Assembly: GCA_965202665.1 (NCBI GenBank)
Contig: OZ241841.1
Span: 1,120,001 to 1,184,000 of the forward strand
Origin: Candidatus Spongiisociaceae bacterium
Lineage (GTDB): Bacteria; Actinomycetota; Acidimicrobiia; Spongiisociales; Spongiisociaceae
Reading direction: 5' to 3'
DNA length: 64,000 bases
A program made the position numbers and the translations under genes. Below the pieces are notes generated by a model. The model was not told the DNA's origin and ran no database searches. It worked only from the letters and a program-made list of their open reading frames with translations. Numbering within the stretch: the stretch's first letter is position 1; each line of letters opens with the position of its first letter. Positions 9,133-18,385 of the stretch are shown here, in pieces.

Positions 9133-10719
9133 ATGGGGAAAATGGAACCGGTGCTGATCAACGGGCGATGGCGCCCTTCGGACGCGGTCTCGTCGTTTCG
9201 GGCCGTCAACCCCAACCGGGGCCTGCCCTGCCCCGAAGAGTTTCCGGTTTCCTCGCTGGACGAAGCGGGCGCGGCGTTGGAGGCCGGGACGGCGGCCGCC
9301 CAAACCTTGCGGGAGGGCGGCCCGGAGATGGCGGCCGCTTTTCTGGAAGCGTACGCCGACCGGTTGGACGCCGACCGGGAAAACCTGGCAACGGCCGCCC
9401 ATGACGAAACCGGCCTGCCGGTGGAGCCTCGCCTAATCGGGGAACTGGCCCGCGCCACCGACCAGCTCCGACAAGCGGCCGCCGCCGCCCGGGACCGCAC
9501 CTGGACCACCGCCACCATCGACGCGTCCGCCAACATCCGATCAATGTACGGGCCGCTCGGCAAACCGGTGATCGTGTTCGGCCCCAACAACTTTCCGATG
9601 GCTTTCAACGGAATTTCCGGGGGGGACTTTGCGGCGGCGATAGCGGCGGGCAACCCGGTGATCGCCAAAGCCAACACCGGCCACCCCCGCACCACCCAAC
9701 TTATGGGGGAGCACGCTTTGGCGGCTGCCCAACAGGCCGGCGCCCCCCCGGCTTTGGCGCAGCTCATCTACCGCACCCGCCATGAGGACGGGGAGGCGAT
9801 GGTCTCCGACCGGCGGGTGGGAGCGGTCGGGTTCACGGGAAGCAAACGGGGCGGGTTGGCCCTGAAAGAAGCGGCCGACCGGGCTGGAACACCCATCTAC
9901 CTGGAGTTGGGGAGCGTCAACCCGGTGTTCCTGCTGGACGGGGCGTTGCGCGACCGGGGGGAGGAAATCGCCCGGGAGTTTTACGAATCCTGCACGCTGG
10001 GGGCGGGGCAGTTCTGCACCAATCCGGGACTGGTGTTCGCGCCCACCACCCCGGCGGGCGACCGGTTCGCGGAACGGGCGGCGGAACTCTTCCAAGCGGG
10101 GAAGGCGGAAACCCTGCTCGGCGAACCCGGCCATCTGGCGGCGGGAACCTCCGCCCTGCGGGAAATGGGGGCGGAGGAGCTGACCGGGGGCGGGGCGGTG
10201 GCGGGCGACCGGTTCGCCTATCGAAACACCCTGCTCTCCATATCCGGGGAAAAGTTCGCGGCCAACCCCGGCGGTTTCCAGACCGAAGTGTTCGGCCCGG
10301 TTTCCCTGCTGGTGCGGACGGCGGACGCGGCGGAGATGGCGCAGGCGGCGGAAAGCCTGGAAGGGGCCCTGACCGGATCCATTTACTCGGACCGCTCCGG
10401 GTCGGAGGAAGACGACTACCGGGCGGTGGCGGAGGCGGTGCGGGGCAAAGTGGGAAGGTTGCTGAACGACAAGATGCCGACCGGGGTGGCGGTGGTGTCC
10501 GCCATGAACCACGGGGGGCCCTATCCGGCCACCGGCCATCCCGGTTTCACCGCGGTGGGCGTCCCCGCCGCCATCCACCGGTTCGCCGCCCTGCACTGCT
10601 ACGACAACGTTCCCGAACCGCGCCTGCCGGCGGAACTGCGAAACCGCAACCCGAACGGACGGATGTTCCGGCTGATCGACGGACGGTGGACGCAGGACGA
10701 TGCGCCGGGGGCGGCGTAA
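9133..10719 (+). CDS. Aldehyde dehydrogenase (NADP+), KGSADH-like (2,5-dioxovalerate dehydrogenase family)
   Basis: VFGPNNFPMAF..GGDFAAAIAAGNPVIAKA, GFTGS, ELGSVNP, GQFCTNPG, EVFGP, PTGVAV..AMNHGGPYPAT. Confidence 0.92.
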   Translation: MGKMEPVLINGRWRPSDAVSSFRAVNPNRGLPCPEEFPVSSLDEAGAALEAGTAAAQTLREGGPEMAAAFLEAYADRLDADRENLATAAHDETGLPVEPRLIGELARATDQLRQAAAAARDRTWTTATIDASANIRSMYGPLGKPVIVFGPNNFPMAFNGISGGDFAAAIAAGNPVIAKANTGHPRTTQLMGEHALAAAQQAGAPPALAQLIYRTRHEDGEAMVSDRRVGAVGFTGSKRGGLALKEAADRAGTPIYLELGSVNPVFLLDGALRDRGEEIAREFYESCTLGAGQFCTNPGLVFAPTTPAGDRFAERAAELFQAGKAETLLGEPGHLAAGTSALREMGAEELTGGGAVAGDRFAYRNTLLSISGEKFAANPGGFQTEVFGPVSLLVRTADAAEMAQAAESLEGALTGSIYSDRSGSEEDDYRAVAEAVRGKVGRLLNDKMPTGVAVVSAMNHGGPYPATGHPGFTAVGVPAAIHRFAALHCYDNVPEPRLPAELRNRNPNGRMFRLIDGRWTQDDAPGAA

Positions 10720-10733
10720 CGGGCGGACAGTTG

Positions 10734-11792
10734 ATGGAAGCGGCCGACGGCGGGGGTTTGGGGGGGAGGTCGTTGGACTGGGCGGAGGGGGCGGTGGTGA
10801 TGGTTGACCAAACCCGGCTCCCCGACTCCTACATCCTGTTGCGGGTGGACAACGCCCCGGATATGGCGGCCGCCATCCGCCGGCTGTCGGTGCGGGGAGC
10901 GCCCGCCATCGGGGTGGCCGGGGCCTTCGGGGTGGCTTTGGCGGTGCGGGAACACGGCGGGCGGGGGCCGAGGCTGCTGGAGGCGGTGAAAATGTTGCGG
11001 GAGGCCCGGCCCACCGCCGTCAACCTGGCGCGAATGGTGGACCGGGCGGCGGCCCTGGCGGAAGAAGGCTTCGACCGGGTGTTGCGAGAGGCGTTTCGCA
11101 TCCGGGACGAAGAAGTGGCCGCCTCTGTCTCCATGGGGGAATACGGGGCGGATCTGATAACGGAACTGACGGAGGAGGCGCCGGTGCGCGCCATGACCAT
11201 CTGCAACACCGGCGGGCTGGCCGCGGTGGAAAGGGGCACCGCCCTGGCCGTCATCCAAACCCTGTTCGAACGGGGGTTGCTGGAAGAAGCCCTGGCGGTG
11301 GAAACCCGCCCGCTCCTGCAGGGCGCGCGCCTCACCACCTGGGAACTGGCCCGGATGGGGGCGCCCCATCGTTTGCTGGTGGACTCGGCCGGGCCGTTCC
11401 TGCTGGCCGCGGGCGGGGCGGACGCGGTGTTGGCCGGAGCGGACCGGATCGCGGCCAACGGCGACGCGGCCAACAAAATCGGCACCTTGGCCCTGGCCTT
11501 GGGGGCGCAACATGCGGGGGTTCCGATGGTGGTGATCGCCCCCGAATCCACCATCGACACGGCCACCCCCGCCGGGGCCGACATTCCCATCGAAGACCGG
11601 GGGGCGGCGGAAGTGGTGGAGTTGCGGGGAACGGCCATCGCCCCCGGAGGCACCCCCGTCCTCAACCCCGCGTTCGACGTAACCCCCGCCTCTTTGCTCA
11701 CCGCCATCGTCACCGACCGCCGCGTGATCCGCCTGGACCGGGGGGAAACCCTCGCCGACACCCCCCTCGGCCCCCTCCGCTCCGCCTTTTAG
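10734..11792 (+). CDS. mtnA: S-methyl-5-thioribose-1-phosphate isomerase
   Basis: DQTRLP, VRGAPAIG, ARPTAVNL, CNTG.LA, ETRPLLQGARLT.WEL, GADRIAANGD.ANKIGT, NPAFDVTP. Confidence 0.93.
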   Translation: MEAADGGGLGGRSLDWAEGAVVMVDQTRLPDSYILLRVDNAPDMAAAIRRLSVRGAPAIGVAGAFGVALAVREHGGRGPRLLEAVKMLREARPTAVNLARMVDRAAALAEEGFDRVLREAFRIRDEEVAASVSMGEYGADLITELTEEAPVRAMTICNTGGLAAVERGTALAVIQTLFERGLLEEALAVETRPLLQGARLTTWELARMGAPHRLLVDSAGPFLLAAGGADAVLAGADRIAANGDAANKIGTLALALGAQHAGVPMVVIAPESTIDTATPAGADIPIEDRGAAEVVELRGTAIAPGGTPVLNPAFDVTPASLLTAIVTDRRVIRLDRGETLADTPLGPLRSAF

Positions 11793-11831
11793 CCGCGACC
11801 GTCCCCCGCCCGGCGCCGCGCCCGAACCGGC

Positions 11832-11860
11832 GTTTTTGAACGCCCCCCAAATTCAAAAAC
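11832..11860. terminator. Inverted repeat after mtnA (terminator or operator-like)
   Basis: GTTTTTGAA-N11-TTCAAAAAC. Confidence 0.35.
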
Positions 11861-11995
11861 CCGTGTTTACCTGGGAAAACATACCCCTTGTTTTTTAGCT
11901 TTTAATTTGGTTTATTAATAGGTAGGGGTCCGGCGCAACGCCGGGGGCGCCCAGCTCCCGCCGCCGGGCCGCACATTACGAGAAAGGATGGTATA

Positions 11996-12613
11996 ATGAC
12001 CCCTATGGACGTATTGAACCTTCTGGTCATAGCCCTAGGCGGCTCGATGATGACCGTCCTGGTCACCAAAGGCTGGAACATGGCCGTCAGGTTCAACGAC
12101 CTGGAGACCCAGGTCGACGCCTTGACGAAGGCCATGGAGGACTTCGGGGCCAGGTTGCGGACCCTGGAGGCGAACATGGCCGCCCTGCAGAACTCCTTCG
12201 ACCTTCTGGAAACCCGGATCATAAACATCAATGATCGCGTCATCATCATCGAAACCCGGCTAACCGGCATAGACGAACGGCTGAACAACATGGACGAACG
12301 TCTAACCAGCATGGGCAAACATCTGAACAACCGGATGGCCGGACTGGAAGACCGGATGACCGTACTGGACAACCGGATGGCCAAGATGGAAGACCGGATG
12401 ACCGTACTGGACAACCGGATGGCCAAGATGGAAGACCGGATGACCGTACTGGACAACCGGATGATCAAGATGGAAGACCGGATGATCAATGTGGAAGACC
12501 GGATGATCAATGTGGAAGCCAAGGTGACCAGTTTGGACAACCGGATGGGCGGTATCGAAAAAGACCTGGCCCTTATCAAAGACCACTTCGGAATCGGCAA
12601 CGGCGACGCTTGA
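11996..12613 (+). CDS. N-terminally membrane-anchored heptad-repeat coiled-coil protein (subfamily B); alternative leaderless start at 12005
   Basis: Hydrophobic VLNLLVIALGGSMMTVLV then (MEDRMTV/LDNRMAK)n; AAAGGA SD before 11996 and TATAAT-7nt-ATG before 12005. Confidence 0.8.
   Translation: MTPMDVLNLLVIALGGSMMTVLVTKGWNMAVRFNDLETQVDALTKAMEDFGARLRTLEANMAALQNSFDLLETRIININDRVIIIETRLTGIDERLNNMDERLTSMGKHLNNRMAGLEDRMTVLDNRMAKMEDRMTVLDNRMAKMEDRMTVLDNRMIKMEDRMINVEDRMINVEAKVTSLDNRMGGIEKDLALIKDHFGIGNGDA
12345..12518. repeat. 42-bp x3 plus 21-bp tandem repeats coding heptads
   Basis: TGGAAGACCGGATGACCGTACTGGACAACCGGATGGCCAAGA repeated, then TGGAAGACCGGATGATCAATG. Confidence 0.9.
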
Positions 12614-12641
12614 GAAAGCGTCCAACCCTATCCGCCGCATC

Positions 12642-12678
12642 CCGCCCGGTTGCCGTCCCCACTTCGGCATCCGGGCGG
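12642..12678. terminator. GC-rich stem-loop downstream of the coiled-coil gene
   Basis: CCGCCCGGTTGCCG / CGGCATCCGGGCGG, 14-bp stem with one mismatch. Confidence 0.45.
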
Positions 12679-12725
12679 ATGGGGTGGTAGATTGACGGGA
12701 ACAAGCGGACAGGAGGGAAGGGAAA

Positions 12726-13742
12726 ATGAGGAAACTGTGGAAAGCGGGCGCGGTGTTGCTGTCTCTCACCATGCTGGCCGCGGCCTGCGGGGGCGACGCC
12801 GAAGAAGAGGGCATCAACCTGATTTACGTAACCCCCGGCCCCATCGGAATCAACCCGTTTCTGGGGTTGGGCGAAGTGGGCACGCAACGGGCGGCGGAGC
12901 GACTGGGCGGAACTTGGAAAACTTACGAATCCAACAACGACACCGCCTCGCAACGTTCCAACATCGAAGCGGCCATCGAAGAAGCCCCGGATGTGATAGT
13001 GCTCACCACTTTCACCCTGCTGGAAATGGCCGACGAGTTTTCCAAAGCCAACCCCGACCAGGAGTTCATCCTCATCGACTCATGCCCGGACGATCCGGCC
13101 CCCAACCTGCACTGCGGGGTGTTCCGGGAGCATGAAGGGGCCTACCTGCTGGGGATAATGGCCGGACGTCTCACCGAAAGCGGACAGATCGGCTCGGTGG
13201 TCGCCTTGGACATCCCCTTCTTCCAACGCTGGTGGAGCAGCTTCGAGTTGGGGGCTCGCTCGGTCAATCCGTCGGTCGAAAACTCCCCAGTGTTCATCGG
13301 CGGCGACAACCCCTTCGCCGACCCGCCCCGGGCCAAAGAGTTGGCCCTGTCGCTGGCCGCCCAAGGCCCCGACCACATTTTCGCAGTGGGGGCCGGTTCC
13401 AACGGCGGCGTCTTCGAAGCGGCCCGGGACGCCGGTTTCTTCTCCTACGGGGTGGACATCAACGAATGCCCCAACGGCTTCGGCCGGGTGGTGGACAACA
13501 ACCTGAAACTGGTGGATGTTTTGGTGGACCAGTTGATCGAGAAGGTGATAAACGGCGAAGCGGGCTCCGTGGAGTCGTTCGGCCTGGCCGAAGGCGGAAC
13601 CGGCGTGATGGCCATGCACCCCGACTTGGCGAGCAGCGAATGCCTGATCGCCAACCACCCGGAGATCATCGCCGAAGTGGAGGCGGCCGCGGCGGGCATC
13701 ATCGACGGCTCCATCACCGTACCCGATCCTTTGGCGGGCTGA
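12726..13742 (+). CDS. BMP-family (PnrA/NupN-like) nucleoside ABC transporter substrate-binding lipoprotein
   Basis: Lipobox LAAAC; FREHEGAYLLGIMAG..TESGQIG; GVDINE. Confidence 0.9.
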   Translation: MRKLWKAGAVLLSLTMLAAACGGDAEEEGINLIYVTPGPIGINPFLGLGEVGTQRAAERLGGTWKTYESNNDTASQRSNIEAAIEEAPDVIVLTTFTLLEMADEFSKANPDQEFILIDSCPDDPAPNLHCGVFREHEGAYLLGIMAGRLTESGQIGSVVALDIPFFQRWWSSFELGARSVNPSVENSPVFIGGDNPFADPPRAKELALSLAAQGPDHIFAVGAGSNGGVFEAARDAGFFSYGVDINECPNGFGRVVDNNLKLVDVLVDQLIEKVINGEAGSVESFGLAEGGTGVMAMHPDLASSECLIANHPEIIAEVEAAAAGIIDGSITVPDPLAG

Positions 13743-13769
13743 GCGCCGCCGGGCGGAACGGGCCGGGAA

Positions 13770-15332
13770 ATGGCCGACCCCGCCGCCGTCCCCGCTTTGG
13801 AGTTGCGCGGCATAACCAAGCGGTTTCCGGGGGTGGTGGCCAACGACCGGGTGAATTTAACGGTGCGGGCCGGGGACATTCACGCCGTGGTCGGCGAAAA
13901 CGGGGCGGGCAAGACCACCCTCATGTCCATTCTCTACGGGCTGTTCCCCCCCGACGAGGGCGAAATCCTGGTCGGGGGGGAACGGGTGCGCTTCGGTTCG
14001 GCTTTGGACGCCATCCGGGCCGGGATGGGAATGGTGCATCAGGCTTTCCGGCTGTTCCCCACTTTGAGCGTGGCCGACAATGTGGTTTTCCGCGAAGAAC
14101 CCACCAGGGGACCCCTGATCGACCGGGCGGCCGCGGTGCAAAAGGTGGCCGAGTTGTCCGAACGTTACGAGCTGGCGGTGGACCCGCGCGCCCTGGTGGA
14201 AACCCAGCCGGTGGGGGTGCTGCAAAGGGTGGAAATTCTGAAAGCCCTGTACCGGGAGGCGCAGGTTCTGATCTTGGACGAGCCGACTGCGGTGCTCACC
14301 CCCCAAGAGCGGGACCGGCTGTTCACGGTCGTCCGGCGCCTGCGGGATGCGGGACGCACCATCCTGTTCATCACCCACAAGCTGGGGGAGGTGATGGCCG
14401 TTTCCGACCGGGTGACCGTGCTTCGCAACGGCCAGTCGGTGGCCGACCTGGTTACCGCCGCCACCTCCCCGGAGGAGATCACCCGCCATATGACGGGGCG
14501 GGACGTGAACCTGAACCGGCGGGTCGCCCCCCATCAGCCGGGCAACCCGGTGTTGGCGGTAACCGGCCTCTCCGTGGCCGGCGAACATGGCAGGCCGGCG
14601 GTGGAAGAGGCGGGTTTTGAGGTGCGGGCGGGGGAAATCGTGGGCGTCGCCGGGGTGGCGGGCAACGGCCAAACGGAACTGATCGAAGCCATCGCCGGAC
14701 TGCGGGAAGCGACCGCGGGGGAGGTGTCGCTGAACGGGGTGGATGTGACCGCCGCCGCCGTCGGGGAACGGCGCCGGGCCGGGTTGGCTTTCGTGCCGGA
14801 AGACCGCCACCGGGTGGGTTCCAGCCATCACGCCTCCCTGTCGGACAACCTGCTGCTGGGCCATCAGCGCCACCCGGAAATCCAACGGCGGGGATGGTTC
14901 AACCTGCGCCGGGTGCGGGAACACGCCGGGCGGCTGATCAAAACCTTCGACATTAAAGCCGGGGCCCTCCGCAACGCGGTGTCCACCCTTTCCGGGGGGA
15001 ACCTGCAGAAGGTGGTGGTGGCGCGGGAAATGTCCCACAACGCCCCCCTGCTGATCGCCGAACAGCCCACCCGCGGCTTGGACATCGCCGCCATCGAATA
15101 CATTCACGGACGGCTGGCGTCGTACCGGAACGAGGGAGGGGCGGTGTTGCTGGTGTCCGCCGAATTGTCGGAAATTTTGGCCCTCAGCACCCGCATCCTG
15201 GTGATGTTCGACGGGCGGGTGGCCGCCGAGTTGGATCCGGCTTCCGCCACCGAACAGGAAATCGGCCTGTACATGACCGGGGCCTTTTTGGAACGGCCTT
15301 CCCCCGGCTCCGGGGAGGACGGCGATGGATAA
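13770..15332 (+). CDS. Nucleoside/sugar ABC transporter ATP-binding protein (two NBDs)
   Basis: GENGAGKTT, QRVEILKALY..LILDEPTAVL, ITHKL, LSGGNLQK, QPTRGLD. Confidence 0.95.
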   Translation: MADPAAVPALELRGITKRFPGVVANDRVNLTVRAGDIHAVVGENGAGKTTLMSILYGLFPPDEGEILVGGERVRFGSALDAIRAGMGMVHQAFRLFPTLSVADNVVFREEPTRGPLIDRAAAVQKVAELSERYELAVDPRALVETQPVGVLQRVEILKALYREAQVLILDEPTAVLTPQERDRLFTVVRRLRDAGRTILFITHKLGEVMAVSDRVTVLRNGQSVADLVTAATSPEEITRHMTGRDVNLNRRVAPHQPGNPVLAVTGLSVAGEHGRPAVEEAGFEVRAGEIVGVAGVAGNGQTELIEAIAGLREATAGEVSLNGVDVTAAAVGERRRAGLAFVPEDRHRVGSSHHASLSDNLLLGHQRHPEIQRRGWFNLRRVREHAGRLIKTFDIKAGALRNAVSTLSGGNLQKVVVAREMSHNAPLLIAEQPTRGLDIAAIEYIHGRLASYRNEGGAVLLVSAELSEILALSTRILVMFDGRVAAELDPASATEQEIGLYMTGAFLERPSPGSGEDGDG

Positions 15333-16413
15333 GGCCCTGCGAGGGTTGCGCCGGGCATGGTCCAACCCGGTGTCTTTTTCTTTGGTGTTCGCCTTGGCCG
15401 TCGGGGCGGCCATCGTGCTGCTGACCGGCGGCAACCCGTTGCTGGCCTACCAGGAAATGTTTTCGGGGGCGATCGGGGAGTCGGGGTTGCGCAACACGTT
15501 GAACCAGGCGGTCCCCATCATCGGCATGGCTTTGGCGGTGTCGGTGGCTTTCCGGGCAGGGGTGATCAACCTGGGCGGGGAAGGGCAGATGGTGATGGGC
15601 GGCCTGGCCGGGGCCCTGGTGGCCATCTACCTGCCGGGGCCGGGGCCGGTGGTGATTCCGGTTGCGATGTTGGCCGGGGCGGCGGCCGGAATGGCGTGGG
15701 CCATGTTGCCCGCCTTCGGGCAAACCAGGTTGCGGTTGCCGATTCTGATCACCAGCCTGCTGCTCAACTACGTAGCCCGGGCGGTCACCGGCTACCTGGT
15801 GCGGTTCCCGTTCTTGGACGATTCGGTTACGCTGACTTCCACCCGCCAGATTCCGGCGACGGCCCGCATCCCCAAAACGGACCTGGCCGGCGGGGTGAGC
15901 CTGTCGCTGGTTCTGGTGGTGGTCCTGGGCGGGGCGGCTTGGCTGATCTACCGGCGGACGGTGGTCGGATACGAAACGCAGATGGCGGGGATGAACGGAA
16001 GTTTCGCCCGTTACGGCGGCATTCAGGTGGAGCGGCAAACGGTGGGGGTGATGGCGGCGGCCGGGGCGGTGGGGGGAATGATCGGAACCCATCTGATCAT
16101 AGGCGGCGCCTATCGTTTCATAGACGGGGAGCTGGTGCTGAGCGGGCTGGCCTGGACGGGGCTTTTGGTGTCGCTGTTGGCGGCCAACCGGCCCGCTTTC
16201 ATCCTGCTGGCCGGGTTGCTGTTCGCCGGATTGCAGATCGGCGGGCAGGCCATGCAACGCGAAGCGGGCGTTTCCTGGCGGCTGTCGCAGGTGTTGCAGG
16301 CGGTGATCATCGTGGCGGTGGCCAGCCGCCTGACTTTCCGCCGGTGGAAACGGGGCCCGCGTCCGGCGGAGTTGGAAACCGACCCCGCCGCCGCCCACGT
16401 CGGAGAAGTGTGA
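15325..16413 (+). CDS. Nucleoside ABC transporter permease
   Basis: AFRAGVINLGGEGQ motif, multiple TM segments. Confidence 0.92.
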   Translation: MDKALRGLRRAWSNPVSFSLVFALAVGAAIVLLTGGNPLLAYQEMFSGAIGESGLRNTLNQAVPIIGMALAVSVAFRAGVINLGGEGQMVMGGLAGALVAIYLPGPGPVVIPVAMLAGAAAGMAWAMLPAFGQTRLRLPILITSLLLNYVARAVTGYLVRFPFLDDSVTLTSTRQIPATARIPKTDLAGGVSLSLVLVVVLGGAAWLIYRRTVVGYETQMAGMNGSFARYGGIQVERQTVGVMAAAGAVGGMIGTHLIIGGAYRFIDGELVLSGLAWTGLLVSLLAANRPAFILLAGLLFAGLQIGGQAMQREAGVSWRLSQVLQAVIIVAVASRLTFRRWKRGPRPAELETDPAAAHVGEV

Positions 16414-17330
16414 TGTTCGACCAGCTGTTCGACGGTGCGCTGGTGGATTCGGTGTTCCGGGCCATGATCCCCATTTTGCTGGCCGCCCTGGGGGGGATGA
16501 TCTGCGAACGGGCCGGGGTTTTCCAGATTTCTTTGGAGGGGATGATGCTGGCCGGGGCGTTCGCGGCGGTGGGCGGCTCTTTTCTGGCGGCGGCCAGCGG
16601 GGTGGGGGTGGTGTTGGCGGTGGCGGCCGGGATGGCGGTGTCGCTGGTGTTGGCTTTCGGGGCGGTGAGCAGGCGGGGGGATCCGATTGTGCTGGGGATC
16701 GCCATCAACCTTATGGCCCTGGGGCTGACCGGGTTTCTCCTGCCGCAGATTTTCGATGTGCGGGGGGTGTTCGCCGACCCGCGGGTGGACGGGTTGAACA
16801 ACTTCGCCGTCCCGGTGCTGTCCGACATTCCGCTGGTGGGGCCAGCCCTGTTCGACAACACGCTCATCGCCTACCTGTCGCTCCTGCTGGTGGCGGGGAC
16901 CTGGGTGTTTCTGTTCCGAACCCCGCTGGGATTGCGGCTGCGGGGGGTGGGGGAACGGCCGCAGGCGGCCGAGTCGCTGGGGGTGAGCCCGGTGGTTTAC
17001 AAATACGGGGCGGTGCTGGCCTCCGGGGCGCTGTGCGGACTGGCCGGAGCGCAGCTGGCGCTGGGGAACGTGGTGCAGTTCGCCGAGAACATGTCCAGCG
17101 GACGGGGCTGGATCGCGGTGGTGGCGGTGATGCTGGGCCGGGCCCACCCGGCGGGGGTGCTGGGGGCCAGCCTGCTATTCGCCTTCGCCGAAGGCCTGGG
17201 GTTCCGGTTGCAGGGCAACGGCCTCCCCGTCCAAATCACCGACGCCCTCCCCTTCGTAGTAACCCTCATAGCCCTGGTCATAGCCCGCAAACGTTTCGCC
17301 CGCCTCCTAGACCTAACCACCTCCGCCTAA
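16413..17330 (+). CDS. Nucleoside ABC transporter permease
   Basis: Start MFDQLF (TGATG overlap); LAALGG..CERAGV..I.LEGMML, TPLGLRLRGVGERP.AAESLG, GRGWIAV. Confidence 0.92.
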   Translation: MFDQLFDGALVDSVFRAMIPILLAALGGMICERAGVFQISLEGMMLAGAFAAVGGSFLAAASGVGVVLAVAAGMAVSLVLAFGAVSRRGDPIVLGIAINLMALGLTGFLLPQIFDVRGVFADPRVDGLNNFAVPVLSDIPLVGPALFDNTLIAYLSLLLVAGTWVFLFRTPLGLRLRGVGERPQAAESLGVSPVVYKYGAVLASGALCGLAGAQLALGNVVQFAENMSSGRGWIAVVAVMLGRAHPAGVLGASLLFAFAEGLGFRLQGNGLPVQITDALPFVVTLIALVIARKRFARLLDLTTSA

Positions 17331-17407
17331 AACCTCCCCAGCGAGGCGACAAAGGCTGGCACCGGCAACAATCAAACCAGGCTAAGCTCTGATGCAAGGA
17401 GGTACGC

Positions 17408-17596
17408 AATGAACCAAACAACCGATGACCGCCAAGCGGTTCAGGCTTACATAGAGTCTATGCGAGAGGACTTCGAAAACGAACACCCCGGCACCGCGGA
17501 AGCCTTGCGGCTCCACGAGGATGCCATGAAACACTACCTTCCCGCCGCACGCGCCCTAGCGAAGCCGGTTTTTCGGGCGACGGTAGCCAGCTCTAA
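17408..17596. repeat. ~189-bp direct repeat, copy 1
   Basis: Near-identical to 18175..18363. Confidence 0.9.
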
Positions 17597-17648
17597 CCCG
17601 CCTCCTCAAAGAGAATCCCACCGCATACGACCGGACGGCGGATTATGA
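17409..17648 (+). CDS. Hypothetical protein (79 aa), copy 1
   Basis: AAGGAGG SD; duplicated at 18176 with several synonymous differences. Confidence 0.7.
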   Translation: MNQTTDDRQAVQAYIESMREDFENEHPGTAEALRLHEDAMKHYLPAARALAKPVFRATVASSNPPPQRESHRIRPDGGL

Positions 17649-17821
17649 CGCCCGACGAACTGGCGGCTGGGCTGGCCGCCATTGTCCGGGAAACGGACGA
17701 GGGGCGTCCGAACAGGGACAACTGGGCGGCTGTCCGGGAACGGGCGGCGGCTAACCTGTCGCCCGCCGAACTGGCGGCGGCGCGGGCGGCGGTTCGGAAG
17801 GAACTGCGTAACCGAGAATGA
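17645..17821 (+). CDS. Hypothetical helical protein (58 aa), not in ORF track
   Basis: ATGA overlap with 17409 ORF; MTPDELAAGLAAIVRETDEGRPNRDNWAAVRERAAANLSPAELAAARAAVRKELRNRE*. Confidence 0.55.
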   Translation: MTPDELAAGLAAIVRETDEGRPNRDNWAAVRERAAANLSPAELAAARAAVRKELRNRE

Positions 17822-18174
17822 TGGGCGGGCGACCATCTGGTCGGTTCCAATCCCCGGATGACGAAAGGTAGCGGCGGGGCACAGGACTCGGCGAATTCCC
17901 CGCCGGGCGGATGATTCCTGGATTCCCGCCGAACCGGGTCGCCGTTGGAAAGAGAGGTGGTTCAACCAAGTTCGGTCGGTCGGTGTAGCTGTGTGATTGC
18001 AACGCCGATGTGGAGTTCCCTGATCCTGGATGCGGGGTGCTTTTTACGGAGCAAGTCGCGTGTATAGCCTCGGAGCGGGCGCGGTTAACCACGCGGGCGG
18101 CCCAGGGTGGGCGACGAGGTAGATAAGCCGGGGGCGGACGGTGCCGGAGGAGATGGGTTGCGACTGGCATACCG

Positions 18175-18363
18175 AATGAACCAAACAACCGACGACCGCC
18201 AAGCGGTTCAGGCTTACATAGAGTCCATGCTAAAGGACTTCGAAAACGAACACCCCGGCACCGCGGAAGCCCTGCGGCTCCACGAGGATGCCATGAAACA
18301 TTACCTTCCCGCCACACGCGCCCTCGCGAAGCCGGTTTTTCGGGTGACGGCGGCCAACTCTAA
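18175..18363. repeat. ~189-bp direct repeat, copy 2
   Basis: Near-identical to 17408..17596; ends at the stop codon of the AlbA_2 gene. Confidence 0.9.
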
Positions 18364-18385
18364 GATGTGCCATCAAAGGGACTGA
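18176..18385 (+). CDS. Hypothetical protein (69 aa), copy 2 with different C-terminus
   Basis: MNQTTDDRQAVQAYIESMLKDFENEHPG...; no obvious SD. Confidence 0.55.
   Translation: MNQTTDDRQAVQAYIESMLKDFENEHPGTAEALRLHEDAMKHYLPATRALAKPVFRVTAANSKMCHQRD

Noticed and set aside
11202-11222. MtnA ICNTG instead of HCNAG as a sign of altered function
   Set aside because: This variant occurs in functional MTR-1P isomerases and the catalytic Cys and Asp are intact
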